Shown here piece after piece: positions 9,301 through 19,409 of a stretch of DNA of 64,000 nt. The stretch comes from Desulfatiglandales bacterium (lineage in GTDB: Bacteria; Desulfobacterota; DSM-4660; Desulfatiglandales; Desulfatiglandaceae). The notes under the pieces are model-generated. The model saw only the letters and a list, made by a program, of their open reading frames with translations, had not been told where the DNA came from and did no database searches. The position numbers and the translations under genes were made by a program. The stretch is taken from the NCBI GenBank assembly GCA_963662465.1, contig OY759599.1:736001-800000 (forward strand), written 5' to 3'. Positions within the stretch are counted from its first letter, which is position 1. Every line of letters starts with the position of its first letter.

Positions 9301-12009
9301 TTAACCTTCATCAAGCACTTCGCGCACCATCGAGGCAAGTTTTTCCAATGTCAAAGGCTTCTCGATAAAGGCGGTTGCACCCTTGCTTTTGGCCTTTTCC
9401 CTGGATATTTTATCCATAAAACCGCTGCACACAATTACCGGCATTCCGGGCCGGAGATTCCTTACTTCCCGGGCAAGTCGATCTCCCGTCATTTCAGGCA
9501 TGGTCAGATCGGTGATAATCAGGTCAAACTTGTCCGGATCCTCGGAAAACCGCTCAAGCGCTTCCATACTGCTTGTGAAGGCGGCGACCTCATAACCCAA
9601 CCGCTCCAGCACCTGTTTGCCGATATTCACCAGGATCTCCTCATCATCGACAAAGAGGATCCGTTCCGTGCCGACAGGGAATTCGACCGACGGCCCGGAT
9701 GCCGCGGTCTCTTTGTCAACGGCATCGATCCTGGGAAAATACACATGAAACGTTGTTCCTTTTCCCGGCGTGCTGTCAACCGATATTTTGCCGCCGCAAC
9801 CAACAACAATTCCCCGCACCACCGACAACCCCAGCCCCGTGCCCTCTCCTTTTTCCTTGGTGGTATAATAAGGCTCAAAGATACGCTCCACCACCTCGGG
9901 GGGCATGCCGTGACCAGTATCGCTCACCGTCAATTTCACATAAGCGCCGGGATCAATTCCCATATACCGTGCTGTAGTTGAGCCTACTGCCACATTGCCG
10001 AGATGCACGGTCAGGACGCCTCCCTCCTCAAGCATGGCGTGGTGGGCATTGGTGCAGAGATTCATCAATATCTGGTGAATTCGAGTGGGGTCCGCCAGGA
10101 TCATGCCGGTATCTTTCTCAATTTGCTGATCAAACTGAATAGAGGTGGGCACGGAAGCCCTTAAGAGCTTCATGGCCTCCTTTACAACGTATATGGGTGC
10201 GATGGCTTTTCGGCCCTCTTCGCTTTGACGACTTACCGTTAGAATCTGTCTGACCAGTTTCTTTGCCCGGTCACCGGCCTTGAGAACCCCATCCAGATAG
10301 GACATCATACGGCCCTCTTCGGACGCCTCCATTTTTGCAAGCTCCGCATATCCAATGACGGCCGATAAAATATTGTTAAAGTCATGGGCAATCCCGCCCG
10401 CAAGGGTGCCGATGGCCTCCATCTTCTGAGACTCCCGGAGTTGAGATCTCAGTTCTCTTTCAATGTTCATGTCCACGGCAAATCCGAGAACGGCGGGCGC
10501 ATTCTTATAATCGATAATCGTCCCCCAGAAGCCGGCCGCAAAGGCCTTCCCATCTTTTTTCAATCCTCTCACCTCGTAAGACAAGGGTACTTTCTTACCC
10601 TCCAAAAGTTCCTTCCCCCTCGTTGTCACCAGCGATCTGTCTTCGGGGACAAACAAGGAATCCAGCGGCCTGCCCACAATTTCATCCGGCGTCTCAAAGC
10701 CGAACGTCTTGACAAAGGCAGGATTGGCATATACGTACATGCCTCGTTGATGGATGCAAATGCCCACGGGAGATACTTCTATAAGGCGTTTTGTCCGTTT
10801 TTCCGAAGCCTTCAGACCAGCTTCGGCGTTCTTCCGCTCCTCTATTTCCACGCTCAACTGCGCAACGGCCAGGGTGAGTTCGGCCGTACGTTTTTCCACC
10901 CTTTTCTCTAAGTCCAGACTAAGCCCTTTGAGTGCCGCTTCGGCCTGTCTACGATCACGAATCTCATCCTTCAACCGACGGTTCTTCTCTTCGATCTCCT
11001 TACGGCTCCTTGACGCCTCATCCAGCCGGGCATTGAGAATAAGCTTCCGGGTGTTGATCCGATAGGCAATAACCGCCCCGCACAGCACCAGGACCGCCAG
11101 GATGCCCATCCCCAGGGGCAAATACCAGGCGGCCAGACCTTCTCCCACCTCCGAGAGCGATACAACGGCAATCACGTACAGAGGGGCGCCTTGGACCGGA
11201 ATCCGCGGAGCAACCATCGCTGCCTTAGACCCATCCTTCCCAAGCGTCTCAAATTGGTGGATTTCTCCGTTTTTCAGCCTCCCAAGGGCAGGGAGAAACA
11301 AAGCGGGGTCGTCGAGCAGGGTCCCGGGCCGCGCCAGCATATGATCTTTATCGCACGCAATAACCACAGGATACCTGGAGGACATCTCAGATCCCTCGAC
11401 AAGCTGGTAAATAGTCCCAGACGAGATCCAGGCAACAATCTGGCCCATGTATCGATTTTTGAAGAAATAAGGACGGGATGCCACAACCTCCAGCGGTCTT
11501 TTATGTTCAATAACGATGGCCCCGGTTAACCTGTCCGGTGTGAGAAATGATTTCCAATCCCGTTTGGGCGCCTTTTCTTTTCTCCCGGTCGGGACATCCA
11601 CCAATACGGCGCCCTCCCCGTCGATAAAAACGATGCGGTTGTAGATTTTCGCCCCTTCCAGTTCTCTTTCCCTCAAGAGCCGATCAAACGTCTCGGATAT
11701 GGCGACCAGGCTGGCTTTCAAGCCGTATTCCATAGACATGCCGAGGGCCTTATTTTCAAAAAAAACAAGGATCGATCTGCTCGACGCCAGGTTTTCAAGG
11801 TCGTTTCTCCGCTCGGAAAAATAGTAACTCAGCGCATCCGCCCTGGTTTCCGTATCATGCCGCAACTGCGCCATGGCAAACGCCCGCACCCGACGTTGCG
11901 CCTGATAATTTGCCGCTACCAGAAAACCGATGAATCCGATCAGGATGAGGGTCACCCCGGAAAGGACCAGCGTACTCTTTTTATCCAGTGAGGGGGAAAA
12001 AAGCCTCAT
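9301..12009 (-). CDS. Hybrid sensor histidine kinase (TM/periplasmic, PAS, HisKA, HATPase, REC)
   Basis: AGGIAHDFNNIL H-box, QILMNLCTNA N-box, DTGHGM, GTGLGL, C-terminal LFVDDE...DLTMP...KP receiver. Confidence 0.93.
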   Translation of the reverse strand: MRLFSPSLDKKSTLVLSGVTLILIGFIGFLVAANYQAQRRVRAFAMAQLRHDTETRADALSYYFSERRNDLENLASSRSILVFFENKALGMSMEYGLKASLVAISETFDRLLRERELEGAKIYNRIVFIDGEGAVLVDVPTGRKEKAPKRDWKSFLTPDRLTGAIVIEHKRPLEVVASRPYFFKNRYMGQIVAWISSGTIYQLVEGSEMSSRYPVVIACDKDHMLARPGTLLDDPALFLPALGRLKNGEIHQFETLGKDGSKAAMVAPRIPVQGAPLYVIAVVSLSEVGEGLAAWYLPLGMGILAVLVLCGAVIAYRINTRKLILNARLDEASRSRKEIEEKNRRLKDEIRDRRQAEAALKGLSLDLEKRVEKRTAELTLAVAQLSVEIEERKNAEAGLKASEKRTKRLIEVSPVGICIHQRGMYVYANPAFVKTFGFETPDEIVGRPLDSLFVPEDRSLVTTRGKELLEGKKVPLSYEVRGLKKDGKAFAAGFWGTIIDYKNAPAVLGFAVDMNIERELRSQLRESQKMEAIGTLAGGIAHDFNNILSAVIGYAELAKMEASEEGRMMSYLDGVLKAGDRAKKLVRQILTVSRQSEEGRKAIAPIYVVKEAMKLLRASVPTSIQFDQQIEKDTGMILADPTRIHQILMNLCTNAHHAMLEEGGVLTVHLGNVAVGSTTARYMGIDPGAYVKLTVSDTGHGMPPEVVERIFEPYYTTKEKGEGTGLGLSVVRGIVVGCGGKISVDSTPGKGTTFHVYFPRIDAVDKETAASGPSVEFPVGTERILFVDDEEILVNIGKQVLERLGYEVAAFTSSMEALERFSEDPDKFDLIITDLTMPEMTGDRLAREVRNLRPGMPVIVCSGFMDKISREKAKSKGATAFIEKPLTLEKLASMVREVLDEG

Positions 12010-12069
12010 ATTCGGATATCCTCCATCTCACCACTCCTTTGTTTCAAGAAAATTTTCGTATTCAGACAT

Positions 12070-12972
12070 TTAATGGCCCTTCTCATTAAAGAAACCGGGG
12101 TAATATATAAATACGGTCGGGTAGTATTTTTTGACCAGCCGCACATAGGTTCCATCCGCTTTACAGGCCTCAAAAAACCGGTTAAAGGCGTCCCTGAGTT
12201 CCGGCGAGCTCTTTGGAAAAGCATAGGCCATATCCTGCATGGGGGAAACCGGTCCGATCACCTTGATCTTTCCGGGCCATTTTTCGACGGCTACCAGGGC
12301 ATCAGCCGCATCCTGGACAACGCACTCGGCATCCCCCTTGATGATGGCCGGCACCAGTTGATTCAGGCTGCCGCCGAACAACCTGATCTCGGCGCCGGCC
12401 TTTCCCAGCCCGTAAAGCGCCGGATCGAGACAGGTATTGGCAAGCCCCATAACATTATGACCTTTGAGAAGATTCTTTACCGCCGCAACGTCCTTGTTGG
12501 GGTCTCCGCTGGGTTTGATCGGTTTGATGCTCGAATCGGCACGGGCCACCAGCCAGATCTGTGTCGGAAAGGTGGGGATGGAATAGGACACGACCTTCCG
12601 ACGCCAGGGTAAAACGGTCAGGCCGCCGGCGATGAGATCCCCTTTTACCGGAACTTCACCCATGATCTCGACATCTTCGCCTCTGGATACCACCTTTTTC
12701 CCGGATAAGTCTCCGATGACGTTCGGCCAGTCGCTCTTGACATATTGGTACTTGACCCCGAGACGATGTGCAAACAGTTTGACCATTTCCACATCCAGAC
12801 CGTCCCCGCTGCCGGTGACAAAGCCGGCATAGGGGATTCCAATATGCCGCAGGACGCCGTTCTCCTTTATTTCCGCAAGATCCGCACTAAAGGCAGGGCC
12901 GGTCGCAAACCATAATAAACCGACCATCAAACACACCCGGGTCAGCATTAAAACACGCCTTCTCTTTTCCAT
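12070..12972 (-). CDS. Periplasmic substrate-binding protein, family 3
   Basis: Signal peptide; DLAEIKENGVLR, GLDVEMVKLFA and LRDAFNRFF...DGTY patterns of SBP_bac_3. Confidence 0.8.
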   Translation of the reverse strand: MEKRRRVLMLTRVCLMVGLLWFATGPAFSADLAEIKENGVLRHIGIPYAGFVTGSGDGLDVEMVKLFAHRLGVKYQYVKSDWPNVIGDLSGKKVVSRGEDVEIMGEVPVKGDLIAGGLTVLPWRRKVVSYSIPTFPTQIWLVARADSSIKPIKPSGDPNKDVAAVKNLLKGHNVMGLANTCLDPALYGLGKAGAEIRLFGGSLNQLVPAIIKGDAECVVQDAADALVAVEKWPGKIKVIGPVSPMQDMAYAFPKSSPELRDAFNRFFEACKADGTYVRLVKKYYPTVFIYYPGFFNEKGH

Positions 12973-13204
12973 CCGTTACCCTCCCCTGCAAGCTTCCGGT
13001 TACATTTTCGCAATTATATATTCCGTACAACAAAATGTCACCCATTGAAAAAATCAAGGCGCAATTTCTGATAGGGTATTGTAGGATGTCGCGGTTTGCG
13101 GAAACATCATCCTTTTGAAATTCTCAAAATCTTTTGAGGATCGGGTACAATACAATGTATGAAGCCATGCGAAATGAGTCCCTTGACGATAGGGTGGGAA
13201 ACTG

Positions 13205-14356
13205 ATGCCATCAACCCATTCGCAAAATGCCCGGATAGAACAGCTTAAAAGTGCGGATGGCATCATAATGTTCAAAAGCTTCGGCGATTGGACCATCGAT
13301 GCGCTTCGGGATGCCGCCGAGATACTGGAGCAGTTTTCCGGAGCAAGCCGAAATGTATCCGTTCAGTGGGATGTTTCTGATGTTGGGCGTGCCGATTCAG
13401 CGGGCATCATGCTTTTTATTCACTGTTGCAATTTGCTGAAATCAAACAACTGCGCCATTGACGTCATTGGGGCGAAGCGTGAACACGAAAAATTGTATCG
13501 ACTGCTGCTCAAGTATGCACCCGGGGATTCCTGGGACGAGCCTGCTTTTTCCTCCCGTTTCCTGAAGCCTTTGAGCGGCATTGGTAAAAGCGTTGTAACA
13601 TTTATTCTGAACATGACGGCATTTTTCGCCTTTATCGGCGAAGATTTTGTAAATTTACTGTACGCGTTGCTGCACCCACGTTCCATCCGCTTTGGCGCAA
13701 TTGTGAAGAATATTGAAGAAGCCGGTGTGCGTGCAATACCCATTGTCGCCCTGACCAGTTTTTTAATCGGGGTGGTGATCGCCTACCAGGGAGCGGTGCA
13801 GCTTGAGAAGTTCGGCGCCAATATTTTCATTGTGGACATGATCGGCCTTTCCATCGCCAGAGAGCTTTCCCCGCTTATCACGGCCATCGTCGTGGCAGGT
13901 AGGACCGGTTCCTCTTATACCGCCCAACTTGGCGTGATGAAGATCACCGAAGAGATTGACGCCATGAGCACCATGGGATTTGATCCCCATCGTTTTCTGG
14001 TGCTGCCGCGCATCATCGCGCTGATGATTGCGCTGCCGCTGCTGATTTTTTTTGCCGACATCATCGGTATTCTTGCCGGTATGTTTATTTCTCATCTCTA
14101 CCTGCATCTCTCCTATGCCGAGTTTATCAACCGGTTACAGACCGTTCTTGGGGTGAAGCATGTATGGATCGGTATTTGTAAAGGGCCGTTTTTCGCATGG
14201 CTTATCGCCGCTGTCGGCTGTTTCCATGGCTTTCAGGTTTCGAAAAACACGGAGAGCATTGGACGTTATACCACCATCAGTGTTGTCAACGCTATTTTCC
14301 TGGTCATCGCATGCGACGCACTTTTTTCAGTCATACTTACGGAGCTTGGCATTTGA
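13205..14356 (+). CDS. mlaE: MlaE-family ABC permease with N-terminal STAS-like domain
   Basis: DVGRADSAG STAS segment; RELSPLITAIVVAGRTGSSYTAQLGVMKITEEIDA MlaE signature. Confidence 0.9.
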   Translation: MPSTHSQNARIEQLKSADGIIMFKSFGDWTIDALRDAAEILEQFSGASRNVSVQWDVSDVGRADSAGIMLFIHCCNLLKSNNCAIDVIGAKREHEKLYRLLLKYAPGDSWDEPAFSSRFLKPLSGIGKSVVTFILNMTAFFAFIGEDFVNLLYALLHPRSIRFGAIVKNIEEAGVRAIPIVALTSFLIGVVIAYQGAVQLEKFGANIFIVDMIGLSIARELSPLITAIVVAGRTGSSYTAQLGVMKITEEIDAMSTMGFDPHRFLVLPRIIALMIALPLLIFFADIIGILAGMFISHLYLHLSYAEFINRLQTVLGVKHVWIGICKGPFFAWLIAAVGCFHGFQVSKNTESIGRYTTISVVNAIFLVIACDALFSVILTELGI

Positions 14357-15126
14357 GCGAAACCGTTATCACAGTATCGGAAGTGATCACCCGGTTCGGC
14401 AAAAACGTGGTCCATGACGGCATCAGCCTGAGTGTGCGTCAAGGGGAAATCTACGCACTTCTCGGCGGCAGCGGTTCAGGGAAATCTACGTTGCTTAAAG
14501 AGCTGATCATGCTGCTGCGTCCGCAGTCCGGAGAGATCATGCTCCTCGGCCAAAACCTTATGACCATCAGCCATAATGATGCCGCTATGCTGCGGCGCCG
14601 ATGGGGCGTCCTTTTCCAGGGGGGCGCCCTCTATTCTTCACTCACCGTTGCGGAAAATATCGGGATAAAGCTCCGGGAGTATGCCGATCTTCCCTTGAAA
14701 CTGGTTCAGGATATGGTGCGGATGAAAATTAATATGGTGGGTCTTCCCGAACACGCGGCGGTTCTTTATCCGGCGGAATTAAGTGGCGGCATGGTAAAGC
14801 GGGCGGCGTTGGCGCGGGCCTTGGCCATGGATCCGGAGTTGTTGTTTCTCGATGAACCGACCTCGGGACTGGATCCCGTCGGCGCGGAAGCCTTTGATCA
14901 TTTGATTCTTGAATTGCGGGAAATTCTTGGGTTAACCGTTGTGATGGTGACCCATGATCTTGATTCCATCTGGACCACGGTTGACCGTCTTGCCGTACTG
15001 GGTGAAAAAAAAGTCGTCGCGGAGGGGACCCTTAACGAAGTCAGGGAAAACCCCCACCCCATTGTCAAACAATTCTTCGGGGGCACGCGGGGACGGATAC
15101 GGAGCCGGAATGGAAAGCAGAATTAA
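14353..15126 (+). CDS. mlaF: MlaF-type ABC ATP-binding protein
   Basis: GGSGSGKS Walker A, LSGGM signature, LLFLDEPTSGLD Walker B; TTG start overlapping the mlaE stop (TTGA). Confidence 0.9.
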   Translation: MSETVITVSEVITRFGKNVVHDGISLSVRQGEIYALLGGSGSGKSTLLKELIMLLRPQSGEIMLLGQNLMTISHNDAAMLRRRWGVLFQGGALYSSLTVAENIGIKLREYADLPLKLVQDMVRMKINMVGLPEHAAVLYPAELSGGMVKRAALARALAMDPELLFLDEPTSGLDPVGAEAFDHLILELREILGLTVVMVTHDLDSIWTTVDRLAVLGEKKVVAEGTLNEVRENPHPIVKQFFGGTRGRIRSRNGKQN

Positions 15127-16006
15127 TTATGCGCTGGTCGGACTGTTTGTTGTCCTGCTGTTGGCGGGGCTGATCACTTTCGCTCTCTGGTTGGGAAAAT
15201 ATGGCGGCAAACAGGAATATGACTACTACCATGTTTATATGTCGGAATCGGTTTTCGGATTAAGCGCGGATGCTTCCGTTAAATACCGGGGGGTTAACGT
15301 TGGCACCGTGGAACATCTCGGCCTGAATCCGGAAAATTCGGAAGAAGTGGAACTTCTTTTAAAAATCAAGCATCAGATCCCCATCAAGGTGGACACCACG
15401 GCCACGCTCAAGTCTTTCGGAATAACGGGTCTCGCCTTTATAGAGCTCACGGGAAGCAAAAAAGACGCGCCACTGCTCATGAAAACAGGAGATCGTATTC
15501 CGGTTATTCCCGCAAGCCCTTCAACCTTTGCACGAATCGATGAACATCTGAAACTTCTCGCCGCAAAATCAGCCCTGGCCCTGGACAAGTTTGACCGGCT
15601 GCTCAGTGAGGATAATTTGCAAAACGTTCAAGAGATACTTTCTGAAACAAAGATGCTCGCCAGGGATATCAGAGGGGAATTACCGGGATTCCGGCGCCTC
15701 GTCGACAACGGTGTTTCCACGGAGAAACGCATTACCGCAGCCTTTGAAAAGGTTGAAGCCGCATCCGTCAGTGTCAAGAAAATGGCTGACAGTTTGGAGA
15801 AGAATTATGCTGAAGTGGGTCGCGACATAAGCCGGGACGTGCGGCAGAGTCTTGAATCTTTTAATCAACTGCTTTACGAATTAAATATCCTGGCGGCAGA
15901 TACGCAGAGAACCATCCGGGCCATTGAAACCAGTCCAAGCGATCTGCTGTTCAAACACACCCCGCCGAGACCCGGACCTGGAGAAGAGGGATACCATGAA
16001 GAATAG
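15110..16006 (+). CDS. mlaD: MlaD/MCE-domain protein
   Basis: N-terminal TM, GLSADASVKYRGVNVGTV MCE motif, GITGLAFIEL, coiled-coil tail. Confidence 0.9.
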   Translation: MESRINYALVGLFVVLLLAGLITFALWLGKYGGKQEYDYYHVYMSESVFGLSADASVKYRGVNVGTVEHLGLNPENSEEVELLLKIKHQIPIKVDTTATLKSFGITGLAFIELTGSKKDAPLLMKTGDRIPVIPASPSTFARIDEHLKLLAAKSALALDKFDRLLSEDNLQNVQEILSETKMLARDIRGELPGFRRLVDNGVSTEKRITAAFEKVEAASVSVKKMADSLEKNYAEVGRDISRDVRQSLESFNQLLYELNILAADTQRTIRAIETSPSDLLFKHTPPRPGPGEEGYHEE

Positions 16007-16607
16007 TTTCAATATGATCTTCGTATTGTGCTGCCTGTTCGCGGGCTGCGTGACCCAAAGCATTGCGCCTGCCCATATCTATACCCTATCGCCTGAATGG
16101 GGCGACGGCAATGCCCAGGCGGAAAGCGTGAGTAAAAGCCCGCTCATCATTAAACTAGCCCCGGTTCGCGCAACGCAAGCCCTTACCGGCACCGAAATCG
16201 TTTATACTGATTCACGATATGGCCTGAACAGCTATGCCCACAGCCGCTGGAGTGATGCGCCCGTCAGATTGCTGCAAACACTTTTTCAGGTTGCCCTGGA
16301 AGAAAACAGCCGCTTTAGGGCTGTTATTCCCCCCACCTCCGCCGCGGGAGCCGATTTGCTTTTGGAAAGCACGCTTTTTGATTTCAGTCACCATATCAAG
16401 GATGATGGGACTTCCGATGGTGTTATCAGAGTACGGTTTTATCTCATAAACAATACGACAAAAACGGTAATAGCGACGAAAGAGTTTTCGTCCCGAATGC
16501 CGGCGTCCGCGCAGAATGCCCGGAGCGCCGCGGCCGCACTCAACAAGGCCGCGACAGCTGTTGCCCGTGACCTTGTCGCCTGGCTTGCTGAACCCGACAG
16601 GTTTTAA
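15996..16607 (+). CDS. ABC-type transport auxiliary lipoprotein (PqiC-like)
   Basis: Lipobox LFAGC; YAHSRWSDAP motif; last gene of the mla-type operon. Confidence 0.82.
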   Translation: MKNSFNMIFVLCCLFAGCVTQSIAPAHIYTLSPEWGDGNAQAESVSKSPLIIKLAPVRATQALTGTEIVYTDSRYGLNSYAHSRWSDAPVRLLQTLFQVALEENSRFRAVIPPTSAAGADLLLESTLFDFSHHIKDDGTSDGVIRVRFYLINNTTKTVIATKEFSSRMPASAQNARSAAAALNKAATAVARDLVAWLAEPDRF

Positions 16608-16783
16608 AAGAAAAGACAGCAGGGGGATTGATCCTCAAAAACTCAATCTTTCTTCTTGACTTGAAATCTTCAAAGGCGTAAGGAAGCTGAATAGTTACCT
16701 ATTTCAGCCTCATCGCTATTGCCATCAACCCTGTTCTTTTTCGTCTTCAGTCCAAGGAGGAAAGAATATGACCCACGGCATCT

Positions 16784-16819
16784 AAAAACCCCGCTACCCA
16801 AGGTAGAACGGGGTTTTTT
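16784..16819 (+). terminator. Rho-independent terminator hairpin
   Basis: AAAAACCCCG-CTACC-CAA-GGTAG-AA-CGGGGTTTTTT stem-loop with T tract. Confidence 0.7.
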
Positions 16820-16987
16820 GTTGGTCGGAAAGTGAGATTTGAAACAATTCAGTCCGGCCCGAACCGCAGGCGGATCAATTTATGAATTGTAAAACCTGGT
16901 TCATTTTTTGCCGGAAATTAAGTAAAAGTAGGACTTATCCGAAAATCGTATAATAACTTGTTCGCCCTTAGAAATGGAGAAATAATT

Positions 16988-17282
16988 ATGATAAGACTTG
17001 AGATAAAATCCGATTTTGAAGATGCTGAATCACTTATCAGGTCAGCAGTTTATTCCGAAATAAAAAGGTTTGAAATAGGACTAAACAGAACCGAAAGGGA
17101 AATCAGAAAATTTGAAGACAAATATCAGATATCTTCCGACATATTCGTCAGGAGAATATACGGCGGAGGATATGGATGGCGGAGATGATGAGTATGTTAG
17201 TTGGATGGGAGAAATCAAAATAAGGCGGAAGATTGCCGGAGAACTAAGCAAACTGAAAGAGACTGAATATGTTACTCAGTGA
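16988..17282 (+). pseudogene. Frameshifted TumA-like antitoxin
   Basis: MIRLEIKSD...FEDKYQISSDIFVR continues after a one-base shift near 17153 as EYTAEDMDGGDDEYVSWMGEIKIRRKIAGELSKLKETEYVTQ*; GGAGA RBS. A sequencing error cannot be excluded. Confidence 0.7.
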
Positions 17283-17415
17283 ATATCTGCATGAAATCAC
17301 AGAGACAGTCGGCGAACTGGCAGAAACGGGTCTGATTCTGTCCTCCGAGCTAACCGCCGATTTCAGGACAAAAAAGATCGGTCTGATAAAAGGTGTGCTG
17401 TATTGTCGTTCTTGA
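17269..17415 (+). pseudogene. Truncated DUF6516/TumE-like toxin (N-terminal 48 aa)
   Basis: MLLSEYLHEITETVGELAETGLILSSELTADFRTKKIGLIKGVLYCRS*; overlaps the antitoxin stop; lacks the RYDNAxH core. Confidence 0.55.
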
Positions 17416-17451
17416 AGGCGTGGCGGCAACGCTCGTACCTTGAAAATGGCG

Positions 17452-17479
17452 GTAGAGACAAGGCATGCCTTGTCTCTAC
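17452..17479. repeat. GTAG-type REP palindrome
   Basis: Perfect 28-bp palindrome GTAGAGACAAGGCATGCCTTGTCTCTAC. Confidence 0.85.
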
Positions 17480-17616
17480 AATCGCAATCGCAGCGGCAAT
17501 CGGAATCAATATCGCAATCACAACAACCGCCGTCACCATAACCACTACAAACCATCGGGCAAAAACGATTTCAAAATCAGGGGAAAAATACCCTGTCGTC
17601 CATTGTGGGGTCATAC
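17452..17616 (+). pseudogene. Fragment of REP-associated tyrosine transposase (RAYT/TnpA-REP, Y1 family)
   Basis: Frame reads VETRHALSLQSQSQ...P*PLQTIGQKRFQNQGKNTLSSIVGSY, recognised as an internal RAYT segment; in-frame TAA at 17539. Confidence 0.65.
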
Positions 17617-17619
17617 AGC

Positions 17620-17751
17620 CATAAAGATCTGAAGGCCGACTATGTGATCGCCAATCTGCCCTTTAACGACAGTGACCGGAGCAGCGAACTGCTCCAGAAA
17701 GACGGCAGGTGGAAGCACGGCATTCCGCCCTTGGGCAGTGTCTTGAATTAA
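17620..17751 (+). pseudogene. hsdM: Fragment of type I restriction-modification methyltransferase HsdM
   Basis: HKDLKADYVIANLPFNDSDRSSELLQKDGRWKHGIPP matches the HsdM motif IV region (ANPPFNxSDW...DGRWKYGxPP), with NPPF changed to NLPF. Confidence 0.7.
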
Positions 17752-17755
17752 AAAG

Positions 17756-19216
17756 TCAAGAACGTCCCCGGCGGCGATCCACATAGAGAGCGGTTATCGC
17801 TAGAACGGAAGACATCGTGATGACCAGGGCTGCCGTTTTGTAGAGGCCCGAAAGACCTGCCACCAGGGCTTCGGGGGGTGCTTTGGCCACATCTTCCAAT
17901 CCCGGCACCGCGGCCTTCGCCAGAACCCACGCGGTAAAGGCAGCGCCGGCAAGCGGGATGCCCGAGGCATGCCCGAGGCTTCTGGACAGCGTCATGAGCC
18001 CGGAGGCAATCCCCAAACGCTTGTGCGAAACAGCACCCATAATGGCACTGTTGTTGGGTGATTGAAAAAAGCCCATTCCTACACCAATGGGAATCAGTCT
18101 AAGGGCCGTCCCCGCAAGGTCCACATCCACGTTGAGGCTGCTGATACAAAGACACCCAGCCACGCAAAACGCAAGTCCAATAAGCGAAATGCCCCTTGCG
18201 CCGAACCGATCCGCCAACCGCCCCGCAACAGGAGAAAATATCCCCATGCTCACCGGCACAACCATCATGAGAACCCCCACAACGGTGGGGGAATACCCCT
18301 TGACCAGTTCCAGATAAAACGGCATCACAAATCCGGCGGCAATTACCAGAAACACAAGCCAGCCCATGATAAGATTGATACTGAAAAGCGCATTTTTGAA
18401 AAGTCCCGGATCTACCATGGGCGCCGGGACGCGTTTTTCCACAACGATAAAAAAGATCAGAAACAGCACCGCTCCTGACAGCAGTCCCAGGGTTATGGGG
18501 TGAGAAAAACCCCCTTTCTGACCATAACTCATACCCAAGGCAAATGCTCCCATGAGAAAAAGCATCAGAATTGCCCCCGGAAAATCAAAGGATGTACCTG
18601 CTTCCTCCGGTTTCACACTGGGCACAAATTTGAGCGTTGCCCACACTGCGAGAATTCCCGTGGGGAGATTGACGAGGAAGACACTTCTCCACCCGAACGA
18701 TCCGATGAGCATCCCTCCGACAGCGGGTCCCATGGCAAGCCCTACGGAGACCGTACTGCCAATGATGCCCATGGCCTTTCCTCGTTCACTGCTGGGAAAT
18801 GCTTCGGTGGCAATGGCAGCCCCCAGGGCCTGAGTAACGGCCGCACCCAGTCCTTGAACCATTCTGAATAAAATCAGCCAGTATACGCCGGGAGCCAGTC
18901 CACACAGGAGAGATCCGGCTGTGAACAGCGAAATCCCGTAGGCATAAAGGCGCCGCTTTCCCTTCATATCCCCCAGGCGGGCAAAACTTAAAGTCAATGA
19001 GGTCACTACGAGCACATAGCCCAGAATGACCCATTGAATGGTCACAAAATCTGTTCCCAGATCGTGGACAAGTGTGGGTAGAGAGACGCTGACGATGTTC
19101 ACATCGAGGGTTGCCATGAATACGCTCAAACTCACTGCCATCATGGCGCCCCATTTGGAAGGAGCTGGGGGTGTTGAACCTTTTGAACTTTGTTTTAACG
19201 AACTGCCGATAATCAT
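17756..19216 (-). CDS. DHA2 family (EmrB/QacA) MFS efflux transporter
   Basis: FMATLDVNIVSVSLP, ARLGDMKGKRR, RMVQGLG, GPAVGG and FQSPNNSAIM motifs; about 14 TMs; start codon uncertain. Confidence 0.9.
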   Translation of the reverse strand: MIIGSSLKQSSKGSTPPAPSKWGAMMAVSLSVFMATLDVNIVSVSLPTLVHDLGTDFVTIQWVILGYVLVVTSLTLSFARLGDMKGKRRLYAYGISLFTAGSLLCGLAPGVYWLILFRMVQGLGAAVTQALGAAIATEAFPSSERGKAMGIIGSTVSVGLAMGPAVGGMLIGSFGWRSVFLVNLPTGILAVWATLKFVPSVKPEEAGTSFDFPGAILMLFLMGAFALGMSYGQKGGFSHPITLGLLSGAVLFLIFFIVVEKRVPAPMVDPGLFKNALFSINLIMGWLVFLVIAAGFVMPFYLELVKGYSPTVVGVLMMVVPVSMGIFSPVAGRLADRFGARGISLIGLAFCVAGCLCISSLNVDVDLAGTALRLIPIGVGMGFFQSPNNSAIMGAVSHKRLGIASGLMTLSRSLGHASGIPLAGAAFTAWVLAKAAVPGLEDVAKAPPEALVAGLSGLYKTAALVITMSSVLAITALYVDRRRGRS

Positions 19217-19409
19217 GATCAAGCACTGACCCAATTGATGGTATCCACGCGCAGATCCTTCTGGGAAGCCCCTCAGGTAAAATCCGTCCCATGTATGCAC
19301 AAATTGTAGACGTCAACGGATCATATTTCATTGTTTTCGCAAAAGCAATTTTGTTATAATGGATCGAACGTCTTCTCAACCCCAATTTCAATTATCTTTG
19401 GTCAAACCT

